Shown here: positions 46,030-56,320 of the stretch, piece after piece
How the letters are laid out: the number at the start of each line of letters is the position of its first letter
Position numbering within the stretch: the stretch's first letter is position 1
Assembly (NCBI RefSeq): GCF_988242995.1
Contig: NZ_OZ547043.1
Reading direction: 5' to 3' (one strand)
DNA: 64,000 nucleotides
Notes under the pieces: model-generated
Seen by the model: only the letters and a program-made list of their open reading frames with translations
What the model was told of the DNA's origin: nothing
The model's database searches: none
Made by a program: the position numbers and the translations under genes

Positions 46030-48012
46030 TTACCATTGATAACTCACGAAAATTTTTCCATTACGACCATCCTGTGGGATGCCTTGCGGCGACCAGTACT
46101 CTTTGTCGAAGGCGTTGCCCAATACCAGAGTAGTGGTCATACCTTTGAGCGCCTGCTGCCCTTGATAACTGACGTAGAAATCATTCACACCATAGCCAGG
46201 TTGTTTGCTGTAGCTGCTGCTGATATGTGTTGAGCGATCGGCAAACGTACCGACCCAACCAACAGAGAAGCCACTGTGAGCGATCGGAATATTCAGGGTA
46301 CTGGTAACGGTATCCGGGTTAATGCTGGAGATATATTCCCCGGTATCGGTGTCTTTGCCGCGGGTACGGTTATAGGCCACATCAAGGCTAAACAGATCAG
46401 TGGTATATTTCGTCATCACATCCCAACCCCAGATTTTGGCGTTCGGGACGTTATACGACATAGTTGTCGCCGCCGCGAAATCGACGGTCGTGGAGATGTA
46501 ATCCTTCGCTTTGGTATCAAAGTAGCTGGCTTTAAATTCCAGGGCATCATTGGACAACATCAGGTCATCAAAACGCAGCCCAAAACCGTACTCCTGAGTT
46601 TCGTTAGTTTCCGGACGTAAGTTCGGGTTTGGCACCCAATAGTTGGTATAGAAGCGACCAATCGAGAAGTGCTTAGAATCGTTATACATTTCGCCCATCG
46701 TCGGGGCGCGGAATGCCTGGGCATATGAGCCAAATAACATCAGCCAGTTGGTCGGGTTGATAGTCATCCCCGCACGAGATGACCATTTGTCAGCATCAAC
46801 ATCTTTGTAGCCGTCGCTGCTACCGCGATAACTGTCATAGCGGGTTCCGCCAAGCAGGGTAATCGGCAGATCGCGTAAGGTGATCTCATCCTGTAGCCAG
46901 CCAGAGCTAAAATCGATTTTTGCTTGCGGGAAGCCCGTCGTCGCGCCGCCCGGATGTTGTTCCTGACGATAATACTCACCGCCATATGTCAGTAAGTGAG
47001 AAGCGAAACTGTCGGCAAATAGAGTGGAACGGTTCTCCAGCCTGGCTCCTTTTGTTATCTGTTCACGATACTCGCCGGAACTCCCCGTGTTTTGCGCATT
47101 AATACGGACTTCCGACCAGTAAATTTTTGCATCTGCATTTAACCAGTCGTTGCCCTGCGGGGCGAGTTTATAAGAAAGCTGCGCATCGCGTTGAATTGTT
47201 GAACGATCAACCATCGGGTTGCTGCTATCAGAAGCTTCAACGGTCTGCGGATTTTTTGGTTCACGCGCGTCGTTGTTGTAGTAACGCACTAAACCGCTCA
47301 GAGACTGGGCTGAATCAATTTGCCAGGTCCCTTTCGCCAGCATGTTATTAATGGACTCGTCATTCGGCGTGGTTTCACCATTGCTCTGGCGTAAATCACC
47401 CCGATCGCGACTGGACCAGGCCACAATACCATCCAGATTTTCAGTTCGCCCAAACGCGCTCGCGCCTAATCCCAGGCTATGGTCCCCCGTGCCGCCAGTA
47501 CCAAAGACACGAAAACCACTACTTTGTCCTTCCTGCAATAAATCTTTTGCATCGACCGTATCGTAGGAGATCACTCCACCCAGCGCGCCACTGCCATACA
47601 GTAATGCTGAAGGTCCGCGAACAATCTCAACACGCTTGATCAGCGCCGGATCAAGAAAAGTACCATTCAGGTGTCCGGTATCCGTTCCCTGGCGAACACC
47701 ATCGACAAGAACCAGCACGCCGCGATGATCATAGCCACGCATATTTACATCCTGACCGTTGGTTCGTCCGGTACCATCAAGAGTAATTCCAGGAACATGA
47801 CGCAGCAGATCGGAGGCTGAAGTAGCCGTTTGATTTTCAGGAGCGGAAGTGTCGATGACGCTGACCATCATAGGCGCTTCGAAGGAACTACGGGCATTCC
47901 CCGTTGCCGTAACGGTCATGGTTTCAGTAGCAAAAGCAAACGTTGGCAAGGTGGCAGAAACAGCCAAAGCCAACAAACTCAAACGCAACGAGGTAAATTG
48001 CGGACGTGACAT
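46030..48012 (-). CDS. chuA: TonB-dependent outer-membrane haem/haemoglobin receptor ChuA
   Basis: 660 aa; signal peptide, TonB-box-like ETMTVTA, C-terminal ...KIFVSYQW terminal Phe/Trp beta-barrel signature. Confidence 0.92.
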   Translation of the reverse strand: MSRPQFTSLRLSLLALAVSATLPTFAFATETMTVTATGNARSSFEAPMMVSVIDTSAPENQTATSASDLLRHVPGITLDGTGRTNGQDVNMRGYDHRGVLVLVDGVRQGTDTGHLNGTFLDPALIKRVEIVRGPSALLYGSGALGGVISYDTVDAKDLLQEGQSSGFRVFGTGGTGDHSLGLGASAFGRTENLDGIVAWSSRDRGDLRQSNGETTPNDESINNMLAKGTWQIDSAQSLSGLVRYYNNDAREPKNPQTVEASDSSNPMVDRSTIQRDAQLSYKLAPQGNDWLNADAKIYWSEVRINAQNTGSSGEYREQITKGARLENRSTLFADSFASHLLTYGGEYYRQEQHPGGATTGFPQAKIDFSSGWLQDEITLRDLPITLLGGTRYDSYRGSSDGYKDVDADKWSSRAGMTINPTNWLMLFGSYAQAFRAPTMGEMYNDSKHFSIGRFYTNYWVPNPNLRPETNETQEYGFGLRFDDLMLSNDALEFKASYFDTKAKDYISTTVDFAAATTMSYNVPNAKIWGWDVMTKYTTDLFSLDVAYNRTRGKDTDTGEYISSINPDTVTSTLNIPIAHSGFSVGWVGTFADRSTHISSSYSKQPGYGVNDFYVSYQGQQALKGMTTTLVLGNAFDKEYWSPQGIPQDGRNGKIFVSYQW

Positions 48013-48040
48013 AGCGATTCTCCATGAGGAAAATAAAAAA
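48013..48040 (-). promoter_or_regulatory. FourU-type RNA thermometer hairpin sequestering the chuA Shine-Dalgarno
   Basis: mRNA 5'-UUUUCC-UCAU-GGAGAA-3' about 7 nt upstream of the chuA AUG; U-tract pairs with GGAG. Confidence 0.6.
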
Positions 48041-48300
48041 TGCTGGCTGCCTGGGTTAATACCGGGGTGGCTGGCGAAAAATAAATTTATTTAAAATTCA
48101 GAGCGATAATATTCGCCGGGTGAGTTTACAGGCGTTTATATCCCATGAAATTGCCTGGTATCTCGGCAAATACGCAAAAGCACGCCCTCTTTGTCAGGCA
48201 AAACGATATGCCCCATCAGGAGTGAAGAGCGCTGTGCGTTATCCCTTGCAAATGCTATGGTTTTGTTATCCATATGGTCGTGTTTTGTTAAGCGCGAACG

Positions 48301-48323
48301 TGATAATGAGAATTATTATCGAT
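48301..48323. promoter_or_regulatory. Fur box (tgataatgagaattattatcgat) in chuA promoter region
   Basis: Close match to GATAATGATAATCATTATC consensus, about 290 nt upstream of chuA. Confidence 0.6.
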
Positions 48324-48652
48324 CAATTTTTTATGATCAAGCTTTTTTTTAACCGCCATTAACACAATAAACAGGGGGTTATGAAACTTATCCTGCGCCC
48401 TGGAAACCACTTTGTTTTTATGGTTATTCCCCCATGACCTCATCACTAAACTTTGTCGTTAACAGTGATAATTTTCTCTTCGCTTTGCTCTGCAAGCCTC
48501 GATATCTCTGGGTTCTCAGCTTTTTCCCGCGATGAAATTTAGTCGGTAACAAGAACGTTAGCTGACGAAGCATCTTGATAAAAATCAAAAATAAATACGC
48601 TTGTAACGCCTTGCGTATTGAATCGACGGTTGTATTTCATATATAACTCAAA

Positions 48653-48685
48653 TGATAATCATGATCATTCTCAATTTGATAAGAG
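48653..48685. promoter_or_regulatory. Fur box (tgataatcatgatcattctc plus adjacent aatttgataag) upstream of chuT
   Basis: Close match to Fur consensus immediately upstream of the chuT ATG. Confidence 0.6.
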
Positions 48686-48695
48686 TTCTCATATT

Positions 48696-49610
48696 ATGCC
48701 AAGGATCATCACCAGGCCGTTTCTTTTTTCCCCACTAACGTTATGTATTTCAGCCGTGGCCTCTGCCGCGAAGACCGCGGTAAAACGAAAAAAATTGTTT
48801 ACGGCAGTACTGGCTCTTAGCTGGGCTTTTAGCGTAACGGCTGCCGAACGTATCGTGGTCGCAGGAGGATCGCTGACGGAGCTAATCTACGCGATGGGCG
48901 CTGGCGAACGCGTGGTTGGTGTCGATGAAACGACATCTTATCCACCAGAAACCGCCAAACTGCCGCATATTGGCTACTGGAAACAACTCAACAGCGAAGG
49001 CATTTTGTCACTTCGCCCGGATAGCGTAATTACCTGGCAGGATGCCGGGCCACAAATTGTGCTCGACCAATTACGAGCGCAGAAAGTCAACGTCGTCACC
49101 CTGCCGCGTGTGCCTGCCACCCTTGAGCAGATGTACGCCAACATTCGCCAACTGGCAAAAACGCTACAGGTTCCTGAACAAGGCGAGGCGCTGGTGACAC
49201 AGATCAACCAACGCCTGGAGCGAGTACAGCAAAACGTGGCGGCCAAAAAAGCCCCGGTTAAAGCCATGTTTATTCTCTCCGCAGGCGGAAGTGCGCCACA
49301 GGTTGCCGGTAAAGGCAGCGTCGCGGACGCCATTCTTTCGCTTGCCGGAGCAGAAAACGTCGCAACCCACCAGCAGTACAAAAGCTACAGTGCAGAATCA
49401 CTGATTGCGGCCAATCCAGAAGTGATTGTCGTAACCTCACAAATGGTCGATGGCGATATTAATCGGCTACGTTCTATTGCCGGAATTACCCACACTGCCG
49501 CATGGAAAAACCAGCGCATTATCACCGTTGATCAAAACCTGATTCTGGGAATGGGTCCGCGTATTGCTGATGTCGTTGAGTCTTTACACCAGCAGCTTTG
49601 GCCGCAATAA
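48696..49610 (+). CDS. chuT: periplasmic haem-binding protein ChuT (304 aa)
   Basis: Start at MPRIITRPF downstream of Fur box; signal peptide; ORF-track start 48618 would place the Fur box inside the CDS. Confidence 0.85.
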   Translation: MPRIITRPFLFSPLTLCISAVASAAKTAVKRKKLFTAVLALSWAFSVTAAERIVVAGGSLTELIYAMGAGERVVGVDETTSYPPETAKLPHIGYWKQLNSEGILSLRPDSVITWQDAGPQIVLDQLRAQKVNVVTLPRVPATLEQMYANIRQLAKTLQVPEQGEALVTQINQRLERVQQNVAAKKAPVKAMFILSAGGSAPQVAGKGSVADAILSLAGAENVATHQQYKSYSAESLIAANPEVIVVTSQMVDGDINRLRSIAGITHTAAWKNQRIITVDQNLILGMGPRIADVVESLHQQLWPQ

Positions 49611-49629
49611 ATGGATTTAAATCAGACGA

Positions 49630-50967
49630 ATGAACGCAAATAACACCCTGGATCTCACGCCACATTTTGCTTTAGACGGTGATCAGCCATTTAAAGACAG
49701 GCGCGCCATGATGCCGTTTCGTGGAGCCATTCCGGTTGCCAAAGAGCAACTGGCACAGACCTGGCAAGAGATGATCAATCAAACGGCATCACCTCGTAAG
49801 CGACTGGTTTACCTACACATTCCTTTTTGTGCGACACACTGCACGTTTTGTGGCTTTTATCAGAACCGTTTTAATGAAGATGCGTGTGCTCATTATACCG
49901 ACGCCCTGATTCGTGAAATAGAAATGGAAGCGGACAGCGTATTGCATCAGTCAGCCCCCATCCACGCGGTCTATTTCGGTGGCGGCACGCCTTCCGCGCT
50001 TTCGGCACACGATTTGGCCAGAATTATCACCACATTACGAGAAAAGCTGCCACTGGCCCCTGATTGTGAAATCACTATCGAAGGCCGGGTACTGAATTTT
50101 GACGCTGAGCGAATCGATGCTTGCCTTGATGCAGGAGCAAACCGCTTCTCAATTGGTATTCAGTCGTTTAACAGCAAAATCCGCAAGAAAATGGCCCGCA
50201 CCTCGGATGGCCCAACCGCCATTGCGTTTATGGAAAGCCTGGTCAAACGCGACCGTGCAGCGGTGGTCTGTGACCTGCTGTTTGGCCTGCCGGGTCAGGA
50301 TGCGCAAACCTGGGGAGAAGATCTGACTATTGCCCGCGATATCGGTCTCGACGGCGTCGATCTCTATGCGCTCAATGTCCTGCCCAATACACCGCTGGGC
50401 AAAGCCGTGGAAAATGGGCGCACTACCGTGCCCTCTCCGGCAGAACGTCGCGATCTTTATCTGCAAGGGTGTGACTTCATGGACGAAGCCGGTTGGCGCT
50501 GCATCAGTAACAGCCACTGGGGCCGTACCACACGCGAACGCAATCTCTATAACCTGCTGATTAAACAAGGTGCCGATTGTCTGGCCTTTGGTTCCGGAGC
50601 CGGCGGTTCGATTAATGGTTACTCCTGGATGAACGAACGCAATCTGCAGACCTGGCATGAATCCGTCGCGGCAGGCAAAAAACCGCTGATGATGATCATG
50701 CGTAACGCCGAACGTAATGCGCAATGGCGTCATACCTTGCAGTCAGGTGTTGAAACAGCGCGTGTACCGCTGGATGAACTTACGCCACATGCCGAAAAAC
50801 TCGCGCCGTTACTGGCTCAATGGCACCAAAAAGGCTTAAGCCGCGATGCGTCAACTTGCCTGCGGCTGACTAATGAAGGTCGTTTCTGGGCAAGCAATAT
50901 TTTGCAGTCTCTTAATGAACTAATTCAGGTACTAAATGCGCCAGCGATTGTGCGTGAAAAACCATAA
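49630..50967 (+). CDS. chuW: radical-SAM haem-degrading enzyme ChuW (HutW family)
   Basis: 445 aa; CxxxCxxC radical-SAM motif (FCATHCTFCGF). Confidence 0.88.
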   Translation: MNANNTLDLTPHFALDGDQPFKDRRAMMPFRGAIPVAKEQLAQTWQEMINQTASPRKRLVYLHIPFCATHCTFCGFYQNRFNEDACAHYTDALIREIEMEADSVLHQSAPIHAVYFGGGTPSALSAHDLARIITTLREKLPLAPDCEITIEGRVLNFDAERIDACLDAGANRFSIGIQSFNSKIRKKMARTSDGPTAIAFMESLVKRDRAAVVCDLLFGLPGQDAQTWGEDLTIARDIGLDGVDLYALNVLPNTPLGKAVENGRTTVPSPAERRDLYLQGCDFMDEAGWRCISNSHWGRTTRERNLYNLLIKQGADCLAFGSGAGGSINGYSWMNERNLQTWHESVAAGKKPLMMIMRNAERNAQWRHTLQSGVETARVPLDELTPHAEKLAPLLAQWHQKGLSRDASTCLRLTNEGRFWASNILQSLNELIQVLNAPAIVREKP

Positions 50968-50979
50968 CAGGAGTGATTT

Positions 50980-51474
50980 ATGAGCCATGTCTCGTTACAA
51001 GAATTTTTGAAAACGGAGCCGGACGGTACGCTGGAGGTGGTAGCCGAACAATACAACACCACACTGCTGGAAGTAGTGAAAAACCTGCCCTCCTCAACCA
51101 TAGTGTCAGGCGATAAATTCGATACTGTCTGGGATACCGTCTGCGAATGGGGCAACGTCACCACGTTAGTACATACTGCCGATGTTATCCTCGAATTTAG
51201 CGGCGAACTGCCTTCGGGTTTCCACCGCCACGGCTATTTCAACCTACGCGGAAAGCACGGCATGTCCGGGCATATCAAAGCAGAAAACTGCACACATATT
51301 GCCTTGATCGAACGTAAATTTATGGGCATGGACACCGCATCCATTCTCTTTTTCAACAAAGAAGGCAGCGCAATGCTGAAAATCTTCCTCGGCAGGGATG
51401 ACCATCGTCAGCTCCTGAGCGAACAAGTCAGCGCCTTCCATGCTCTGGCAGCATCGTTAAAGGAACACGCCTGA
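50980..51474 (+). CDS. chuX: haem utilization protein ChuX
   Basis: 164 aa; operon position between chuW and chuY. Confidence 0.85.
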   Translation: MSHVSLQEFLKTEPDGTLEVVAEQYNTTLLEVVKNLPSSTIVSGDKFDTVWDTVCEWGNVTTLVHTADVILEFSGELPSGFHRHGYFNLRGKHGMSGHIKAENCTHIALIERKFMGMDTASILFFNKEGSAMLKIFLGRDDHRQLLSEQVSAFHALAASLKEHA

Positions 51475-52097
51475 TGACGCCGTGGCTACTCTTTGGCGCA
51501 GGCGGAAAAGGTGTGGGTGCCAGAACGCTTGAACTGGCGCTGGCAGAGCAACGTCCGGTCGTTGCTGTCGTTCGTCATGCCGATGCCGCCACGAAACTGG
51601 CGCAACAAGGCGTACAGGTTTTTACAGGCGACGCCTGTGATGCCAGCGTAGTCGCGGATGCTTGCCGCGCAGCTGGCCCGGATGCGCTTATCATCTCAAC
51701 AATGGGCGGAGCTCAGGATTATCTGGCGCACAGAACAGTGATTGATGAGGCCGAAAAGGCCGGCATCAGTCGCATGATTCTGGTGACCTCTTTGGGATGC
51801 GGCGATAGCTGGCCGTTTTTATCGGAGCGAGCAAAGGCTGCGTTTGGTCAGGCGGTACGGGAAAAAACGCTGGCGGAAAGCTGGTTGCAAACCAGCCAGC
51901 TTGATTACGCCATTCTCCGCCCTGGCGGTCTGCTTGATGGGGCGGCAACGGGCAAAGCACAACGGATACAAAATCAGGAGTGTCATGGTTTTGTTAACCG
52001 TGCCGATGTCGCCGCACATATCCATGAACTGGCAAATGCGCCAGCACTTAACCAGCAGGTCTACAGTCTGATTGAACCGGACCTGAAACCGGCGTGA
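51474..52097 (+). CDS. chuY: NAD(P)-dependent reductase ChuY
   Basis: 207 aa; N-terminal Rossmann GxGxxG (LLFGAGGKGVGA). Confidence 0.85.
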   Translation: MTPWLLFGAGGKGVGARTLELALAEQRPVVAVVRHADAATKLAQQGVQVFTGDACDASVVADACRAAGPDALIISTMGGAQDYLAHRTVIDEAEKAGISRMILVTSLGCGDSWPFLSERAKAAFGQAVREKTLAESWLQTSQLDYAILRPGGLLDGAATGKAQRIQNQECHGFVNRADVAAHIHELANAPALNQQVYSLIEPDLKPA

Positions 52098-52145
52098 TCC
52101 CCCGGCGCGGAATCTCCGCGCCGTAATGTCGTAACGGAGTTTTGC

Positions 52146-53138
52146 GTGCTCAAGGATTCACTCTCTTCCGCCAGGATCTTTATGGGGCTATCACTATTAT
52201 TGCTCGCTCTGGTGCTGTTCGGTGCCAGTCAGGGAGCGTTAAAGATCAGTTTTGATGCCCTTTTTGATGAGGAATACCGCGATATCTGGCTCAATATTCG
52301 TCTACCACGGGTTTTGCTGGCGGTGCTGGTAGGTGCAGCGTTGGCAACCGCCGGGGTAATTATGCAGGGGCTTTTTCGCAACCCAATGGCTGACCCTGGA
52401 TTACTCGGCGTCAGTAGCGGTTCTGCATTAATGGTTGGCGTTGCTATTGTGCTGCCCTTCTCCTTCCCAGTGGTGCTGGTGCTCTATGAGCAAATGGTGT
52501 TTGCCATTGCCGGAAGTTTAGTGGTCTGCACCATCATTTTTCTCATCACGCAGCGCCATCGCGATGGCAGCATGATGCAATTATTACTCGCCGGTATCGC
52601 CATCAATGCCCTGTGCGGCGCAGCGATCGGCATCCTGAGCTATATCGGCGATGAGCAGCAGCTACGACAACTCACATTGTGGATGATGGGCAATCTTGGA
52701 CAGGCGCAATGGCCGACGTTATTGGTTGCCAGTTCATTCATCCTACCGGCCATTATCGCAACAACTTGTCTCGCCGGAACGCTGAATTTACTGCAGCTCG
52801 GTGATGAAGAAGCCCACTACCTCGGCGTGAACGTTAAGCGTAAACGCCAGCAATTACTGTTAGTGAGCTCACTGCTCGTTGGTGCCGCCGTATCGGTAAG
52901 CGGCATTATCGGCTTTATTGGCCTGGTAATCCCGCATCTGATTCGCATGACTACCGGAGCAAATCACCGCTGGCTAATCCCTTGTTCCGCCCTCGCCGGA
53001 GCCTGTTTATTGCTGATGGCAGACACGCTTGCCCGCACGCTGGTACAGCCAGCAGAAATGCCCGTGGGATTATTAACCAGCCTGCTTGGTGGCCCTTATT
53101 TTATGTGGTTGATTCTGCGAAATCGGAGGATCACATGA
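52146..53138 (+). CDS. chuU: haemin ABC transporter permease ChuU
   Basis: 330 aa polytopic FecCD-family permease. Confidence 0.88.
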   Translation: MLKDSLSSARIFMGLSLLLLALVLFGASQGALKISFDALFDEEYRDIWLNIRLPRVLLAVLVGAALATAGVIMQGLFRNPMADPGLLGVSSGSALMVGVAIVLPFSFPVVLVLYEQMVFAIAGSLVVCTIIFLITQRHRDGSMMQLLLAGIAINALCGAAIGILSYIGDEQQLRQLTLWMMGNLGQAQWPTLLVASSFILPAIIATTCLAGTLNLLQLGDEEAHYLGVNVKRKRQQLLLVSSLLVGAAVSVSGIIGFIGLVIPHLIRMTTGANHRWLIPCSALAGACLLLMADTLARTLVQPAEMPVGLLTSLLGGPYFMWLILRNRRIT

Positions 53139-53905
53139 TCAGCGCCCAGAATCTGGTTTATAGCCTTCAGGGGCGGCGTCTGACTGATAATGTCTCGCTG
53201 ACTTTTCCCGGTGGGGAAATTGTTGCCATTCTCGGCCCTAATGGTGCGGGAAAATCTACGCTGCTTCGCCAGTTAACCGGCTATCTTCAACCTGATAGCG
53301 GCGAATGTCGGTTGTTTAATAAGCCATTAAATGAATGGTCGATTACTGAACTGGCGAAACACCGGGCCGTGATGCGTCAAAATAGCCACATGGCGTTTCC
53401 ATTCAGCGTACAAGAAGTTATCCAGATGGGGCGGCATCCGCATCGCACTGGTAATCAGGATAATGAAACAGCACAAATAATGGCGTTATGTGACTGTCAG
53501 GCGTTAGCAAACCGCGACTATCGGCAATTATCCGGTGGTGAACAACAGCGCGTGCAATTAGCGCGCCTGCTGGTGCAACTCTGGGAACCTACTCCCTCAC
53601 CGAAATGGTTATTTCTTGATGAACCAACTTCGGCGCTGGATATTCACCATCAGCAGCACTTGTTTCGTTTATTACGCCAGCTAGTTCACGAACGGCAGTT
53701 CAATGTTTGCTGCGTATTGCACGATCTAAATCTTGCCGCGCGTTATGCAGACCGTGTTGTATTAATGCAAAAAGGAAAGGTTATCGCAAATGGTAAACCA
53801 CAGGACGTATTGACACAGCAGGCGCTGACCATGCTTTACGGCGCGGATATTACCGTACTTAAAGATCCTGCCAGCCATTCCCCCCTGATCGTCCTCGATC
53901 ATTAA
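53135..53905 (+). CDS. chuV: haemin ABC transporter ATP-binding protein ChuV (256 aa)
   Basis: Start ATG 53135 overlapping chuU stop (ATGA), SD GGAGGA upstream; Walker [10 protein letters not shown], signature LSGGEQQR. Confidence 0.88.
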   Translation: MISAQNLVYSLQGRRLTDNVSLTFPGGEIVAILGPNGAGKSTLLRQLTGYLQPDSGECRLFNKPLNEWSITELAKHRAVMRQNSHMAFPFSVQEVIQMGRHPHRTGNQDNETAQIMALCDCQALANRDYRQLSGGEQQRVQLARLLVQLWEPTPSPKWLFLDEPTSALDIHHQQHLFRLLRQLVHERQFNVCCVLHDLNLAARYADRVVLMQKGKVIANGKPQDVLTQQALTMLYGADITVLKDPASHSPLIVLDH

Positions 53906-53910
53906 AACCA

Positions 53911-53938
53911 ACAGGAGTACCGCTCTGGTACTCCTGTG
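53911..53938. terminator. hairpin between convergent chuV and yhiD
   Basis: caggagtac-cgctctg-gtactcctg. Confidence 0.55.
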
Positions 53939-53956
53939 AATAAATAACTATAAAGA

Positions 53957-54604
53957 TTAGCTAATTGAAACGCCTTTCACCCCTGCCATACCTTTTAATA
54001 ATCGCAACAGGTCTTCTATCGACGTTGTGGCATGAAGCTGGATATCAATGGCGACCACTTCATGATCTTCATTTTCCTGCAACGAAACTAAATCAGTTTT
54101 TATTTTTTGCTGCTTAAACCAGTCGAGCATTGATACCGTATTACCGTTCACTAATGTCAGCTGTAAATGGTAATTTTTGTTCATCAGGCGGAAGGTTAAT
54201 TGATGGAAGACTTCCAGCACCAGCAAGGTCATCACTGAACCATAAATGCCCAGTTCGTACATACCACTGCCAATAACCATACCTATAGCGGCGGTCACCC
54301 AGATATCCGCTGCCGTCGTCAGACCTACAATATTTTGGTTACGAACGAGAATGTTACCTGCGCCGATAAACCCGACGCCCGTCACCACCTGAGCAGCAAT
54401 ACGGCTGGGGTCCAGTCCGACGTGATCTAAAGACAGCACGTCAGCAAAACCATATTTCGAAACAATCATAAACAGGGCGCTTCCCATGCCAATTAATACA
54501 TGTGTGCGTAACCCTGCTCCTTTGCCGCGCATTTGCCTTTCCATGCCAATAGCGCCACAGGCAATTGCTGCGAGTATAAGACGTATAATAAATTCTGCTG
54601 TCAT
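53957..54604 (-). CDS. yhiD: MgtC-family inner-membrane protein YhiD (215 aa)
   Basis: Start at MTAEFIIRL; MgtC-like hydrophobic N-domain; position next to hdeB. Confidence 0.85.
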   Translation of the reverse strand: MTAEFIIRLILAAIACGAIGMERQMRGKGAGLRTHVLIGMGSALFMIVSKYGFADVLSLDHVGLDPSRIAAQVVTGVGFIGAGNILVRNQNIVGLTTAADIWVTAAIGMVIGSGMYELGIYGSVMTLLVLEVFHQLTFRLMNKNYHLQLTLVNGNTVSMLDWFKQQKIKTDLVSLQENEDHEVVAIDIQLHATTSIEDLLRLLKGMAGVKGVSIS

Positions 54605-54667
54605 ATAAAAATGCAAAAAGGAGCAGCAAGATGGCTCAACTTGCTACTCCTTTTTACTTGTACCTCA

Positions 54668-54994
54668 TTAATTCGGCAAGTCATTAGATGCTTGATTTTT
54701 GAAGGTATACAAATTTTTCTGCGGATTTTTCTTGCAGTATTCGATCACTTTAGGAATTTGAGTGAGATCGGTTTCATTTAAAGTAACGGTATCGCCACCT
54801 TTATATACTGTTTCTTCATGCAGCATCCACCATGCAACCGGTGTCATTGCTTTTGGATTCAGATCAATAAATTCCTGGCAGGTCATATCTTTAGCGGATT
54901 CATTGGCTGCCAGCGCAGATTGTGCGTTCACCAGTGACAAAGCCGCTACAGCGCCCATAAAAATAAACGCTTTACGGAGAGATGAAATATTCAT
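54668..54994 (-). CDS. hdeB: periplasmic acid-stress chaperone HdeB (108 aa)
   Basis: Start at MNISSLRKAF; signal peptide; downstream of hdeA in hdeAB operon. Confidence 0.9.
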   Translation of the reverse strand: MNISSLRKAFIFMGAVAALSLVNAQSALAANESAKDMTCQEFIDLNPKAMTPVAWWMLHEETVYKGGDTVTLNETDLTQIPKVIEYCKKNPQKNLYTFKNQASNDLPN

Positions 54995-55109
54995 TTTGTA
55001 ACCCATTCAATATAGAGATTATATATGAACAGGCGGAATAGCTGCTTTTAAAGAAGATATTCCGGCCTGTTCAATATGCAAGGAAGTACGATGTAACGCA
55101 TTCCCGGAA

Positions 55110-55442
55110 TTACATATCTTTCTTAATTTTGTCCCACTCGCCTTTAACTTTATCTTTAAAGTTGGCTTGTTTATCCTGAGTACAAGCCTGAACGATAGCT
55201 GGGGTTACGGTTGCAATACCCTGAACATCTAAAACCGCATCTTCTGGTTTATCTTTGTTGTTCAGCGCTTCAGCAAAACCAACTGCAGTTGGCTGGAAGG
55301 ATTCGTCCACAGCCAGGAAATCTTCACAGGTCCAGGAGTTGACCGGTTTTTTGTTATCAGCTGCTTTTTGCGCATCCGCTGCATTGCTCACAACTGGCAG
55401 AAGAAGCAGACCACCAAGAATAACGCCTAATACTTTTTTCAT
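55110..55442 (-). CDS. hdeA: periplasmic acid-stress chaperone HdeA
   Basis: 110 aa starting MKKVLGVILGGLLLLPVVSNAADAQKAADN. Confidence 0.93.
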   Translation of the reverse strand: MKKVLGVILGGLLLLPVVSNAADAQKAADNKKPVNSWTCEDFLAVDESFQPTAVGFAEALNNKDKPEDAVLDVQGIATVTPAIVQACTQDKQANFKDKVKGEWDKIKKDM

Positions 55443-55696
55443 CGTAATATCCTCAACTATAAAGTGAAAGAGCCGTCACGAATCAATTTCGACACTGAGG
55501 TTATAACCTGGTTTTCTGTATATGTCATGTTGATGGAAAATATCAAAATCAGATATTTTTATTTCAATACAATGAGTTACAGATGCATCAGATACTGTAA
55601 TTAGGAAATTTTTATTAAATCGACTGCATTCTTAGACGCGTTTTTGGCATAGATTGATAGCAGGGGATTTTCTTCTTAATTTTATAGGGTGGTTCT

Positions 55697-56269
55697 ATGT
55701 TATATATAGATAAGGCAACAATTTTGAAGTTTGATCTGGAGATGCTGAAAAAGCATCGCAGAGCAATCCAGTTTATTGCCGTGTTGCTGTTTATCGTCGG
55801 GTTGCTGTGTATCAGTTTCCCGTTCGTCTCTGGCGATATTTTAAGCACAGTAGTGGGTGCATTATTAATCTGCTCGGGCATTGCGCTTATTGTCGGGTTA
55901 TTCAGCAACCGCAGTCATAATTTCTGGCCGGTATTATCCGGTTTCCTCGTCGCAGTCGCCTATTTATTGATCGGCTATTTCTTCATCCGCGCACCGGAGC
56001 TGGGCATTTTTGCCATTGCGGCATTTATTGCCGGTTTGTTCTGTGTTGCAGGGGTTATTCGCCTGATGAGTTGGTATCGTCAGCGTTCAATGAAAGGCAG
56101 CTGGCTACAGCTCGTTATTGGTGTGCTGGATATCGTCATTGCATGGATATTCCTTGGTGCAACGCCGATGGTGTCTGTAACTTTGGTTTCCACACTGGTG
56201 GGTATTGAACTGATATTTAGCGCCGCCAGCCTGTTCAGCTTCGCCAGTTTGTTCGTTAAGCAGCAATAA
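55697..56269 (+). CDS. hdeD: acid-resistance membrane protein HdeD
   Basis: 190 aa polytopic membrane protein divergent from hdeAB. Confidence 0.9.
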   Translation: MLYIDKATILKFDLEMLKKHRRAIQFIAVLLFIVGLLCISFPFVSGDILSTVVGALLICSGIALIVGLFSNRSHNFWPVLSGFLVAVAYLLIGYFFIRAPELGIFAIAAFIAGLFCVAGVIRLMSWYRQRSMKGSWLQLVIGVLDIVIAWIFLGATPMVSVTLVSTLVGIELIFSAASLFSFASLFVKQQ

Positions 56270-56286
56270 TTATTCCTGTTGTCACC

Positions 56287-56320
56287 CGGATCATAGTCAC
56301 TTGATGTGACTATGATCCGA
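56287..56320 (+). terminator. strong hairpin after hdeD (putative terminator)
   Basis: ggatcatagtcac-ttga-tgtgactatgatcc; no strong U-tract. Confidence 0.4.

Noticed and set aside
48120-48362. 80-aa ORF in the chuA-chuT intergenic region
   Set aside because: Overlaps the chuA 5' UTR and Fur box; no coding signal.
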